This document shows, in pieces, positions 10,588 through 24,513 of a stretch of 64,000 bases of DNA. This DNA comes from Octopus sinensis (taxonomy: Eukaryota): positions 2,356,001 through 2,420,000 of the forward strand of contig NC_043020.1 in the NCBI RefSeq assembly GCF_006345805.1, given 5' to 3'. A program made the position numbers and the translations under genes. Under the pieces are notes generated by a model. That model was not told where the DNA came from. It ran no database searches and saw only the letters and a list, made by a program, of their open reading frames with translations. Within the stretch, counting starts at the first letter, position 1, and every line of letters starts with the position of its first letter.

Positions 10588-10821
10588 CTGTAAGAAGATG
10601 AAACAACAAAGAACATAACAAAACATAACATTAATTAAATAATTAATTAATTTACAATTATAAAGACATATTCTTAATTAATAGTTTTAAAGCGTAAGAC
10701 AACTATAGTCATAATTGATTTAATTTTCTTTTTGTTTTGTTTTTAAGTCTTCTCAGTCATTAATTTTCTTTGTTTAATTATAGTTACATTATTGCCATCG
10801 TTGTTGCTGTTGTTGCTGTTA

Positions 10822-10995
10822 AGGCGGCCAGCTGGCAGAATCATTATCATGCAGGACAAAATGCTTAGCAACATTTCATCCATCTTCATGATCTAAGTTC
10901 AAATTCTGCCACGGTCAACTTGGACTTTCATCTTTGTAGGTTCAATGAAATAAGTACCAGTTACGTACTGGGGTTGATATAATTCACTAGCACTC
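10822..10995 (+). mobile_element. SINE-B
   Basis: Same family. Confidence 0.85.
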
Positions 10996-11204
10996 ACGTC
11001 CCCCAAGTAGAATTTCATCCACCTTTACATTTCGAGACTGTTCAAATCAGGTTGCCCCCAAAATGTCTAAAAGCATTAGATTTTTTGCGAAAAAGCTAGC
11101 GAATGTGTAGGACAAAGACAAAAAAAAAACAGAGAACATGTTACACAATTACAAATAAAAACAACAAGAAAATAACAAGTGCCTTTCGACTTCATCATCA
11201 TCAT

Positions 11205-11535
11205 AATCATCATCATTTAACATCCGTTTTCCATGCTAGCATGGGTTGGACGGTTCGACCGGGGTCTGGTAGGCCATGGAGGCTGCACCAGGCTCCAGTC
11301 TGATCTGGCAGTGTTTCTACAGCTGGATGCCCTTCCTAACGCCAACCACTCCGTGAGTGTAGTGAGTGCTTTTTATGTGCACCGGCACAGGGGCCAGGGG
11401 AGGCTGGCAAACGGCCACGATCGGTTGGTGCTTTTACGTGTCACTGACACAGACACCAGTCAGGCGGCGCTGGCATCGGCCACGTTCGGACAGTGCTTTT
11501 TACATGTCACCGACACAGGTGTCTTAACTACAATT
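11205..11535 (-). mobile_element. SINE-D
   Basis: Same family. Confidence 0.85.
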
Positions 11536-12784
11536 TCCATTTGATTTTTATTTTGATGTTGGTGTTGACTTATAAAGACGAATCAAATGGAACTGACATG
11601 TAGAGAGTGAAAGCCACACACAATGAGCTTCCTTTTAACGATTACATCCACAAGACTTTGATTGGTTCAGGGTTACACTAAAAGAAGACACCCAAAGAGA
11701 CATGCATGGAGATATGTGGCTTAGTGGTTAGAGTGTTGGATTCATGATTGCAGGATTGTGGTTTCAATCCCTAGGCCAGCAAACACTTCATTTGCTGTCA
11801 TTCCAATCCACTCAGCTGGCAAAAGTGAGTTATCCTGTGACAGATATCAACATCCCATCCAGGAAGTGGGGTTTACATGTGATAGCAACTGAAAAAACTG
11901 GTCCTTTGAATATATATGACTCAGGAAGGATCTCAGCTTCTATTCAAGATGTCATTCAGCACAGAGATAGAACTCTGTAAACACTACAAATATCGGAATA
12001 TTATATTAAAAAAAAAAATAAATAAAACCTAAATATAGCAGCTATCAAAAACTAGAGATATCACAACATGCTGATATCCTAAATATAGACTCTTTACTAC
12101 AAGAAACCCCGTTGATTGATACTGTGTGAAAATCAATGACAAGACGATAAAAAAAAATAATGTATATAATGATAACAACAAAGATATCAAGAGAGATACG
12201 AGATGAAAGCAGATGAAAATATTTTATCCAAGAAGTCTTCATTTATTAATCAATGATTGCATTTTAGATTTGGTGAGAAACATGAGAAATATATATAATG
12301 GTTTTCTTTTATGTGTGCCAGGAGTATATAATGAAATACATAGATATCTAGATTTGTATATGCATATATATATATATATATAAAGTGGTTTCCATTTATG
12401 TATACTCCGTGTATAAGATGCAGTACATAGAAATTATATATATATAATTCATAGGAGTGGCTGTGTAGTAAGCAGCTTGCTTACGAACCACATGGTTCCG
12501 GGTTCAGTCCCTATGCATGGCACCTTGGGCAAATATCTGCTAATGTAGCCTTGGGCCAACCAAAGTCTTGTAAGTGGATTTGGTAGACAGAAACTGAAAG
12601 AAGCTTGTTATGTGTGTGTGTGTGTGTATACATATATAACCCTAACCCCAAAAGGATGAAAAGCAAAGTTGACCTCGGTGGAATTAGAACTCAGAATGCA
12701 AAGATGGACGAAATGCCACTAAGCACTTTGTCCAGCATGCTAACGATTCTGCCAGCTTGCCACCTTAACAACAACAACAACAAC

Positions 12785-12822
<38 letters not shown>

Positions 12823-13068
12823 TAATAATAATAATAATAAAAATAATAATAAAGCTAATTATAACATTTCTAGCCTAAACACATGTCTACAAATGTTGCA
12901 GGTGAGAAATATAGTTGACCCCATTGACTTCAAGACATACAAAGTCCTTCTGCTTAACAAAAACTTCTTCAGAATTTGATTTTAAGATGTGAAAACTTAT
13001 CACTTTACACTCTGAGCTATTCTGTCCAACACGCTACCAATTCTGACAAAAGTAACAACAACAACAAC

Positions 13069-13100
<32 letters not shown>

Positions 13101-14965
13101 TAACAATAATAATAATAATAATAATAGCAATATTATCAATGTAAAAAAAAATATCATTACAATAACAATTACGAAAAGTAATTGTTAGAGACATATTAAC
13201 AATGGAAAACAGATAACAATAATAATAACCAATAATAATTATTATAGAAATAATCATAATAATGATAATATCATTAATAATATCATCAATATACAGCAAT
13301 AGCAAAAGTGATATCAATATATTTCTCATATATAATATGTATTATCGTAATGGCAGTGCTGTTGGTTATTGCATAATAACAAGAATATTACATATTCTAT
13401 ATATATATATATATATATAAATATATATACACAAATACTTATCTATATGCATATATAAAATTCATTTATATATATATGTGTGTGTGTGTGTATGTGTATG
13501 TATGTATGTATTGTGGGGAATATAAAAAAAGAAACTGTGTGTGTGATAATAGCAAAATTGTGAAAATACAAAAACTTGGCAAAAAAATATAATTAAACAA
13601 AAAAAACAATTACTATCCATCACATGGAAAGTGATGACGGATAGAAAGACAGACAGATACATGTGTGAAATAAATGGACATGTAGAAGTATGGATATAAA
13701 TTGTAGAATATATAAAAATAAAGACACCTCTATATGTATATATATATACAAACAGTGTGTGTGTATAATATACACACACACACATATATATAGTAGGCAT
13801 AATATTTATAACAATATAATATAATATAATATTATATATATACAGACACATACAAATATATATATATAACAGGTATAATATATAACAAAATAATATTAAT
13901 ATATATATATGTGTGTATACAGACACACACACACACATATATATATATCTATAACAGGTAAAATATATAAAAATATAATATAATATAATACAACATGATA
14001 TATATATATATATATATATATATGGATGATGCAGCAGAAAATGTGATAATAATTTATTTAGAACCAGAACCAAATTTGTCAATCCACCCCACCCCACCCC
14101 AACCCCCCAAAATAAGTTGAATATTAAACACACATACATGCAAGTGCATGAGCACATATGTGCATACCTAGCGGACTGGGTTTTTTTTTTACATATTTTA
14201 TCAGGTTTTCTTTGTTTCTGTTTGCTGGGTTGTTTTTCTTTTTTTTTTTTTTGCATTTTGGGGTTTTTTTTTGCTTTTTGGGGTTTTTTTTTTTTTTTGC
14301 TTTTTGTCATTGTCAGGATTAAAAGAAATAAATGAAAAATGATACAAAGTTTGTTATGAAAGGTAAGTGAAGAGAAAATTGATTAGAAAAGACTCAAGTT
14401 GTTTATTATCATTATTATTATTATTATTATAATAATAATAATAATAATAATAATATAATAATAATAATAATAATAATAATATCATATTAATCTCTACCAC
14501 TGCCATCATCATCATCATCGTCAATCATCATCATGCAGGAATTAGGTGTAAAAATGTTAAATAAATGAAAAAGAATAAAAAAATAAAAAACTGATACAAA
14601 AAAAAAGAATGAAATAAAAAACAAAATGAAGATGTAAAAAAAAGGCAGATTCTGATTGAGAGAAGAGGAAAAAATGTATTTGGTTTTGAAAGTAATTTTG
14701 CCAACCAAACATTATCATCATTCATTTCGTCTAATGTTTTCTGGTTTTATATTAAGATAATATTTATACATTAGTGATGATGTTGGGTGTAGAGCTTGAA
14801 GCGTTGGGTTTACAATTGTCAGGTAGAGAGTTCAGTCCTTGGTCAGGGTGACATAGAGCAAAATTGAGTAAGGCACTTTTTTATTGTTTAGTTGCTTTAG
14901 TCCATTCAGAGAGAAATAGGTACCTGTGGCAGCTGTGGGGAAAGAAAAATCCTGTAATAGATTAA

Positions 14966-15187
14966 CCCTTTCGATACTGTATTTATTTTGAGATGCTCTG
15001 TGTTTCTTTCAATTACTTTAAATATAACAAAGAATTTAGTAAAATAACTTGGTTATCATTCAGCCAGTGTTAGGAACATAAATTGTGACTAAGGTTTGGT
15101 GGAAGATTTTTAATTCAAAACCTATGAAAACAACACATTTGTACAACAGAGCCAGAGCCAGTTTCAGTCGGGTTGGTAACGAAAGGG
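14966..15187 (+). mobile_element. piggyBac-type MITE family B
   Basis: TTAA|ccctttcgatac...ggtaacgaaaggg|TTAA. Confidence 0.88.
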
Positions 15188-15309
15188 TTAACAAATGATA
15201 GTCTTGTATTCTCAGATGTTCAAACTCTTGGAAACCATTCTTGATTCTATGATACAATTTCCTATTCTGAAGGAATCTAAATTGAACAGAGAGATTTTCC
15301 TTCAAGATT

Positions 15310-15800
15310 TTACGTTAAACATATTCTGTACACCAACTTCATCGTAATCATGGTTATTTTACAAAATTCCTTCATTTTCAAAATTAATTGAAACAGGGTG
15401 TATTTCAACAAAAATATGACAATAAAAAGGTTAGAAGGATACAAATTAAGCCCTTTCTATCAAAATTTCGTATGAAGTGAATATGGTAGCGTAAGTGTTA
15501 AAATGATTTAAATTAAAACATTCCTTCAAAATTTCATAATTTATGTTGCAAACACGAGTTTAATAATGAAAAAGATATTTGTAATGAATTCTTCATTATT
15601 TTCGAAATTAATTGAAACAAAAAACTTGTTTTGCAAAAAAATATGGCAAAAAAAATTCCATCAAAATTTTATGCTAATTTATATTTCAAACAGCAGATTG
15701 ATATAATGACAAAGATATTTCACTAAATTCTGCTTATTTTCATACTTAATTGAAAGAAAGGCAGTGAATTTTGTCAGAAATATGGTAACAAAAGGGTTAA
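15310..15800 (+). mobile_element. Cluster of decayed family-B-related MITE fragments
   Basis: Repeated aaattaattgaaac motif; ends atatggtaacaaaaggg|TTAA. Confidence 0.55.
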
Positions 15801-17218
15801 AGTGATCTAAACTGACTCTGGTGAGAACTGAGTATCGTTTTCTCTGGAAAAAACAAAGAGAAAGATTGTGAAAAAAAATTTTTAACAAAGGTCAGAAGAA
15901 AAAGGCCACTTCTGTGAGATTTGAACACAAAATTATTTGGGCTGGTTTTTTTTTTGAGGGGGGGGGTTAAAAAAACTAAATGTATTACAAATACATCTTT
16001 ATTGTATGGGATTTTAACATAATAGTGTCTTGTTTGTGTGTGAGAGGGAGAGAGAGAAATGAAACAAGAAAGAGAGAGAAATATGGAACAAAGAGAAGAC
16101 ATACAAAGAAATGGAACAACATAGAGATAGAGATAATGACAGAGAGAGAGAGAGAGAGAGAGAGAAAGAAGGAGAAAGAGAGCAAGATGGAGAGAGAGAG
16201 GCAGACAGAATGACAAAGAGAATCAAGGAGAGAGACAGAGAGAGAGAGAGAAACAGGAAAACAGAAAGAAGCATGAGGAGGTATTAAGTAACAGAGACAG
16301 ATAACTATAGAGAGAAACAGAGAACAGAGATGGGGATAAAGAGAGAGAGAGAGAGGAACAAATAGAAATAGAGAGAAAGAGACAAAAAATATTAAACAAG
16401 GCACAAAGATAGAGAAAAAAAACGGAGAGAATTGGCATCTCAAAACCAATCTTAAGACACACATCTCTATTTAGGGTTTAAAAAATGTTTATTATTGTCA
16501 TAATTTTTTAAAGAACGTGTGTGTGTGCATGTATTTGTATATATGTGATTACATGGCTGTTTTTATGTGTGTGAGAGTGGACGCATATCAGTAGAGATAT
16601 ATGCGTATGCATATACATTTGTATATACAGAAAGACACACTCATACATACAGATATGTATGTATATATGCGTATGTTTATGCATACATATGCACATGTAT
16701 GTCTACACATTCACTTCACACACACACACACGTGTGTGGGTGTATATATGCACACATGTGGTGGTGGTGGTGGTGGACAGAACAAGAATGAACAAGAAAA
16801 TTATGAATGGTACAATATAATTAACAAAATAAATGATTTCAGAAATGGAAAAAAAACAATAAATATTAAATAAAACCGCTTATATTTTTTATCAATATCA
16901 TCATCATCATCATCATCATCAATAATAATAAATAATGGTGATGATGATGATGATGATGATAACTATGATAATGATGTTAATAATAATATTGCATCTGGGT
17001 CTCTCTCTCTCTTGCTGGCTAATTTTGAAAAAGATCTGGTACAAAAAACAAAAATACAAAAATATATAAAAAAAAAAAAAAGGATTTAAAACAATAACAA
17101 AAATTATATACCATAATGTCCACTGGAAAAACAAAGAAAAAACCCACAAACATCATCATCATCATCATCATCACCATTATCATTACTGTCATCATCATCA
17201 TTACCACCACCATTTTGT

Positions 17219-17253
<35 letters not shown>

Positions 17254-17900
17254 AGATATATATATATGTGTGTATGTATGTATATATATATATATGTATG
17301 TATATATGGGTGTTCCCACATACACACAGAATATTGTAATTCTTTTGTCCTCCGATTGTGCTTTTCACATCAAAATTAAAAAATACAAGCTTTCATTTTT
17401 TTTTTGTTTTCAGCTTAATTACATGTTTTTTTTTTAGTTCTTGTTCCATATTTTTTTTGTTTGCTTTATTATTGTTTTTTATTTTCATTAAATTTTTTTT
17501 CTTTTCTATATTTATTTCCTTTTATAATTGAATATTGGAATTATTTCAAAAATAAACAATACAAAAAAAAACCTGCATATATATACATATATAAAACAAC
17601 ATAAAACTTTAAAAGAATAAACAATGATTATAAATATATTTAGACATTAAAAATAAAGACAAATTACTAATATAAGGAGGAAAAAAACAGAGACAGTCAG
17701 ATAGACAGACAGGCAGACACACAGACAGACAGTGAAAAAGAGAGACAGACAGACACGCAGACAGACAGAACATAGTGTTTCACATTTCTTTGGTGATTAT
17801 AAAATTACACTTAAGGTGTGTGCCTTCAGAAGACACAGAAATAAATTATAATTATAGAGTGCTTCTGTGTATATCCTATAATATAATATCATATTATACA

Positions 17901-18290
17901 CAGGCACAGGCATGGCTCTGTGCTAACAAGCTTCCTTCCCAACCACATTGTCCCAGGTTCAGTCCCACCGCATGGCATCTTGGGCAAGTGTCTTCTATAT
18001 AACCTCAAGCCAACCAAAGCTTTGTGAGTGGATTTGGTAGATGGAAACTGAAAGAAGCCCATTGTATATATGTATGTATGTATGTATATGTGTGTGTGTT
18101 TGTTCCCCCTAGCATTGCTTGACAACCGATGCTGGTGTGCTTAAGTCCCCGTAATTTAGCGGCTTGGCAAAAGAGACCGATAGAATAAGTACTAGGTTTA
18201 CAAAGAATAAGTCCTGGGGTCGATTTGCTCGACTAAAGGCAGTGCTCCAGCATGGCCACAGTCAAATGACTGAAACAAGTAAAAGAGTAA
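17901..18290 (+). mobile_element. SINE-A full length
   Basis: Same family as 7748-8150. Confidence 0.9.
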
Positions 18291-18547
18291 ATCAGTCCCC
18301 AGTACATGTGTTTGCAAAGTCAGGCACTTATTTTACTTATATCAATCCCCTTTTGCCCAACCACTAGGTGACAAGGACATGGACAAACCAACAGAAGTTG
18401 TCATATGGCAGGAGAGGGGGGAACGTCATGCACACATGCGTGTGCATGTGCGAAGTCACTCACAAGGCATTGGTCAGTCCAAGACTGTAATAGAAGACAC
18501 CAAAGATGTTGTACAGTGGGATTGAACTCGGAACCATGTAGTCACAA

Positions 18548-18695
18548 GTTTCCGTCTACCAAATCCACTCACAAGGCTTTGGGCAGCCCGAGGCTAGAGA
18601 GTAGAAGACACTTGCCCAAGGTGCCACGCAGTGGGACTGAACCCAGAACCGTGTGGTTGGTAAACAAGCTACTTACCACACAGCCACTCCTACGC
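18548..18695 (-). mobile_element. SINE-A 5' half
   Basis: Reverse complement of head and core. Confidence 0.85.
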
Positions 18696-19116
18696 CTGAT
18701 TATAATGATAATATAGTCACATTTTCATTGCGTGCTTTCACTGCACAACTGTGGCACAGACACATGTGCCTTGGGTGCAAAAGTGACAACAACAACAAGA
18801 ACAACAACAAGAACAAAAATAATAACAAAAGTCACAATAGCAACAACAACAACAACAATGATAATAATGTCAATAATGATAAAAACAAAATAACAAAAAC
18901 AAATCCCAGATATTTCATTTTCAATATCCAATACTCTTACACTGTAGTGTTTCAATTCATTAGTACGTGCAGATAGACACAGAAAACCCAACTTTTCCTC
19001 CTTTATTTTTTTTTTGCTTTCTTTTTTTATTTTATTTTATTTTTGTTTTTGTTTTCCATTTTCCCTAATATAAAACATCAGCCTTGCTCATATCGAACAT
19101 ATTTCAAACATAGAAC

Positions 19117-19147
19117 GAAGAAGAAGAAGAAGAAGAAGAAGAAGAAG

Positions 19148-19179
<32 letters not shown>

Positions 19180-19298
19180 GAAGAAGAAGAAGAAGAAGAA
19201 GAAGAGAAGAAGAAGAAGAAGAAGAAGAAGAAGAAGAAGAAGAAGAAGAAGAAGAAGAAGAAGAAGAAGAAGAAGAAGAAGAAGAAGAAGAAGAAGAA
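19117..19298 (+). repeat. (GAA)n microsatellite, about 60 units, two interruptions
   Basis: Read directly from the sequence. Confidence 0.97.
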
Positions 19299-19759
19299 AA
19301 GAATGAAGGGCAAACACACATTGCATAAATATAGATTGTCTTCGGAGTGGAAATATTTCTGAGTCTTTTTTTGGTTTTTGGGGTGTTTTTTTAATGTTTA
19401 CCATTGCACTTTTCTTCGTTTTCTTCACTTTTATTAGTTTCTCTCACCGATCTATGTGTGTCTGTGTGTCACACACAACACAAAACAACAACAACTACCA
19501 GATACAAAGAAAAAAAAATGTAATAATTCAAAGGTGTGAATTATTTATATGATATGATGACTGAATGTGTCGAAGTACAAGAATGGTATCAGCAAAATGC
19601 AAGTAAGGAATCTGCCTTAAAGGAATATCGAATTTTGTGTGCATATCTGTACATGTGTGTGTGTGTATATATATACTTATTATTTACTTATAAATATATT
19701 GTGTCCATATACACATATTTTGAGATATGACGAAATGTGTGCGCATGTCTTGATATATA

Positions 19760-20005
19760 TATGTTATATAAAATCCATTCTGTCTGTCTGTGTGTTTGTC
19801 TTCTAGGATCTCGGGCATCCTCCATCCAATTTTACTCAAATTTGATATGTAGATACCGACGGTATCAGGACATGTATAAGTCTTGAAAAAATTACAAAAA
19901 TCGATTCCAAGTGAGAATGCAATCGATAAAGCCGTGGGAACGTGCGTTTGTAAAATCGTTTTTCTTCGAATAGAAAAAAAGTCGAATTTTATTTCTTCAA
20001 CAAGG
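19760..20005 (+). mobile_element. Helitron-like 5' fragment
   Basis: tatataaaatccattctgtctgtctg...gataccgacggtatcagg; a second copy lies at 29455-29640 (-). Confidence 0.55.
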
Positions 20006-21550
20006 GTCCCAACTGATATGATCAACAGAACTGCTTGCTTGTGAAATTAACGTGCAAGTGGCTGAGCACTCAACAGACATGTGTGCCCTTAACATAGTTC
20101 TCAAGGAGATTCTACATGACAAAGTGTGTGACAAGGCTGGCCCTTTGAAATACAAGTACTACACATTTTTTGTGCCAGCTGAATGGACTGGCGCAACGTG
20201 AAATAAGGTGCATATAATATATATATACATATATATTCAATATATAACATATGTCTTATATACTATGTAATATATATGTATATATGCAAAAATCCATATA
20301 TAATGCATATGTATACTCTTTTTTTTTACTCTTTTTACTTGTTTCAGTCATTTGACTGCGGCCATGCTGGAGTACCGCCTTTAGTCGAGCAAAATATATA
20401 TATTATATATATATTATACATATAAATATAATAAACGTGTGTGTATACATATATACACACACACACACACACACATATGCACACACAAATATAGAACTGT
20501 TCTGATAGTATAAAGGTTTCCTTCAGTTTTTTTGAGATTTTATCATTTGTTTAAAAGAGCAGAGTTCCAAGGTTCATCATTGTATCTCAACCTTTTACAG
20601 TCTCATCTTCTGGACAAAGTAGCTGTTGGCACAGGTTGCTACAATTTCATCATATGCAGAAGACAATGGGATGGATGGCAATAACATCACTGCTAACAGG
20701 ATCTCAGTCTAAATGTCCCAAACTGCTATTATATAACAACTCCAAATACCAACAACATCACATCATCTGGAAAATAAGATGGTAAAAAGTCAAGATATAT
20801 TGATGGGCCAAGAATCTTTGCTGTTCCAGACAAACTGTAAAAAACTCATGAGGAAAATTTGAAGAAAAAACTGTATGAGTCCTTTCTCTTTTTGATGCAA
20901 AAGTGTTTGGTTTTATGCGTATTTGTCTTCTATTTCTAGCAAGTCAAACTGGTGCATAGATTCTTCTTCCTTGGTTGCAGTATGTGGTTGCTTTGATGCT
21001 GTTTCACTTGAGTAAGTTTTTGGGAGTTCCAGTTGAGAGTCATGTCCACTGTTTCCCTCCAGAAAGGACAAGAAATATATGAAGGCTGAAGAAAGTTGTT
21101 CTTGTTTAAGTCCAGATGAATTCTAACTACACAGAACTATAATCAAAGGCGTTCTAACCATGACCATCTCGTGTGCAGGAAATCCACAACTACATTATTA
21201 CATATGTTATTTTCTAAGGGGGAGATTTAGCTGTTATAAACACAGGGACGGAAGCAGAGAGACAACAGATCAATAAGCAGACGGAGAGAAATTAAGGGCA
21301 AATGTAGACAAAGCATGTAGAGTCTTCATCACAGTTTCCCCAGTTCTTTGTCTTGGCATCATAAAATCTATCTGAAAAGAAAAAAAAAGAAAAAGAAAAT
21401 AAATATAAAATAAAATGTCAGTCAATAAACAGGGATTAAACAGAAATGGGGTTGCAAGTGGGGGGTGGGGTGGGGGTCTGCAGATTTTTAACAAAATTGT
21501 TGTGAATTCTGATAATTTGGACATAGTTTATGTGAGTCTATGTGTAAAGG

Positions 21551-21964
21551 TAGGCACAGGAGTGGCTGTGTGGTAAGTAGCTTGCCTACCAACCACATGG
21601 TTCTGGGTTCAGTCCCACTGTGTGGCATCTTGTGCAAGTGTCTTCTTCTATAGCTTCGGGCCAACCAAAGCCTTGTGAGTGGATTTGGTAGACGGAAACT
21701 GAAAGAAGCCTGTCGTATATATGTATATATATGTATGTGTGTGTATATGTTCGTGTGTCTGTGTTTGTCCCTCTAGCATTGCTTGACAACCTATGCTGGT
21801 GTGTTTACGTCCCCGTTACTTAGCGGTTTGGCAAAAGAGACCGATAGAATAAGTACTGGGCTTACAAAGAATAAGTCCTGGGGTCGATTTGCTCGACTAA
21901 AGGCGGTGCTCCAGCATGACCTCAGTCAAATGACTGAAACAAGTAAAAGAGAGTAAAAGAGAGA
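21551..21964 (+). mobile_element. SINE-A full length
   Basis: Same family. Confidence 0.9.
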
Positions 21965-22292
21965 AAGGTATGTGACTCACTGGTTCAGGTGTTGCACACA
22001 CAGTCACAAGGTCATGGTTTCAATTCCTGGACCAGACAGTGCATTGTGTTCTTGAACGAAATGCTTCACTTCACTTTGCATTGCATTTATTTATGTGCCA
22101 CACCGTGCACCACCTGTACAAGCAAAGGTGATTTGATGGGGAGAGTGAGCTAATCAACAGCACAAACGTTTGCTCGTTATGGACAAATCCTCTTCTGTAC
22201 AGGTTTCTAAGCAAGAAACTGTGTAACCCTCATCTGTCGTTTATGACAGAAAGGTCAAACAGGCTAATTTCAACACTGGACACTTGCTTTCT

Positions 22293-22500
22293 TTCTTTTA
22301 CTTGTTTCAGTCATTTGACTGCGGCCATGCTGGAGCACCGCCTTTAGTCGAGCAAACTGACCCTAGGACTTATTCTTTGTAAGCCCTTAGTACTTATTCT
22401 ATCAGTCTCTTTCGCCAAACCACTAAGTTACGAGGACGTAAACACACCAGCATTGGTTGTCAAGCGATGTTGGGGGGACAAACACAGACACACAAACATA
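22293..22500 (-). mobile_element. SINE-A 3' half
   Basis: Reverse complement of the tail. Confidence 0.85.
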
Positions 22501-22564
22501 TACACACACATACATATATATATATATATAAATTAGAAAAAAAACACCTTTTGTCAATTCAATA

Positions 22565-23220
22565 ATATATAGAGGACCCATTTCTCATCAGCAGTCACTA
22601 TTCAGTCCAAAGAAGATTCAGTCATGAGACGTGACAGCAAAGAAGAGCACACATTCACTCTCTGCATGCAATTAGACTCAGAAAGTTTGTGAGGAACCCA
22701 CTGACCCAATTTGCCGACTTTTCTGATGGCACCCAGGTGTCGATGAACAGTTGAATGACAAAATCTGAGCTTCTCTGCTAGTTCTTCAACAGTTACAATG
22801 CGATATTATTCTACCAGGATTTGCACAACATCCTCAGTTCTACAGATCTTCCAGAATGAGGAACGTCTTCTAGGCTGTAGTTTCCAGCTTGGAATTTCTG
22901 GAACAACCATTGACACTGGCTTACGCTTATTGTCCAGTCTTCATATACTGCATTAATATCCCTCACACTTTCCCTCGCCTTTATTGAACTCATAAAGCAA
23001 AATACGCTGAATATGCTCATCTGTCACTGCCATTATAGCTTCATAAAAGTAATTGCTAAAATCGAACTGCACTCTTTAAAACTTGCACTAAGAATAAGAA
23101 CAAGGTAAAATTACTACCTGTTTTTATAGCAAGTTGATGCAGGTAGATTATCCCGTCCTCCTCCAACTTTTAGTTCATGCAACTGAAAAAAACCGCATTG
23201 TTTATGGAATGACCCAATAT
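22565..23220 (-). mobile_element. mariner transposon 5' half, decayed
   Basis: HTH region SARESVRDINAVY..SQCQWLFQKFQAGNYSLED.PHSGR, WVPHKL and VTADEKWVLY; TIR-like tattgggtcattccataaacaatgcgg with TA. Confidence 0.85.
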
Positions 23221-23827
23221 ATGTGTTTTCTAATCATTGGTAGAAGTTCAAAGTCTTGATGCTCTTCACCAAAAACTGGCAGTTATAATGCAATGAACAT
23301 TCCACTTATTTAAATATGCACATGTTCTATAGCACAGGTCATATAGTGAGATGTTCTGACGCCACTTTTACATAAGACAGTGGTAATGTTACATGATGCT
23401 AAGTGCCATTCCTGCAGACACCACAATATGTCGTGGATATTGTGCTGACAATTTACAAGCCACTCATCAGCCAGCTGTCTCAAGCCATTATATACACAAC
23501 CACATTATACCTCAACATATGTATAGACACACAAATATATACATGCGTGTGAATAGGTATAAACATATACGTGTACATAAATCTATATGAATACTTAAAT
23601 ATGTATGTATATAAAATAAGTGAAAGAAATATGGAGTCTGGTGCAGCCATCTGGTTTGCCAGTCCTCACATCAAATCGTCCAACCCATGCTAGCATGGAA
23701 AGCAGATGTTAAACGATGATGATGATGATGATATATATATTTGTATAGACATGTTTATACTTAAATATACATATATGCGTATACACATACATATATGTAT
23801 GTGTATATATACATATATGTATATATT

Positions 23828-24240
23828 CTTTTATCTTTTTACTTGATTCAGTCATTCGACTGCGGCCATGCTGAAGCACCATCTTTAGTTGAACAAATCG
23901 ACCTCAGAACTTATTCTTTGTAAGCCTAGTACTTAATTCTATTGGTCTTTTTTGCCGAACCTCTAAGTTACAGGGATGTAAAGACACCAACATCGACTGT
24001 CAAGTGATGGTGGGGGAACAAACACACATACACACACAAATATATATATATAGATATATATGCATGTATGTATGTATGTATGTATGTACGACAGCTTCTT
24101 TCAGCTTCCATCTATCAAATCCACTCACAAAGCTTTGGCCGGCCCGAGGGTATAATAGAAGATATTTGCACTAGGTGCCACACAGTGGGACTGAACCCGG
24201 AGCTATGTGGTTCAGAAGTGTTCAGAAGCAAGCTTCATAC
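23828..24240 (-). mobile_element. SINE-A full length
   Basis: Same family. Confidence 0.88.
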
Positions 24241-24463
24241 CACACATTCATGCTATATACATATATATATATATATATATATAAACAGATATATATTTAC
24301 ATACATATATGTGTGTATATATACATGTATAAACATTTATATATACACACATATATGTATATATAATATATATATATATATAGATATATGTGTTTATAGA
24401 TATATGTGTATATATATATATAATATATATATTATATATTATATATATCTATATATGTGTGTG

Positions 24464-24513
<50 letters not shown>

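Noticed and set aside
13462-14310. 282-aa ORF and the many similar YI/CV/HT/LS/poly-T ORFs (e.g. 24068, 44079, 44667, 55027, 60590, 62317)
   Set aside because: Translations of di- and trinucleotide microsatellites that happen to lack stop codons; no domain-like content.
21270-21371. Strong minus-strand polypyrimidine tract plus AG followed by short open frames
   Set aside because: No good donor, and all frames stop; not INTS13-like.
23464-23470. Minus-strand CTGATGA
   Set aside because: No downstream GAAA or helix II.
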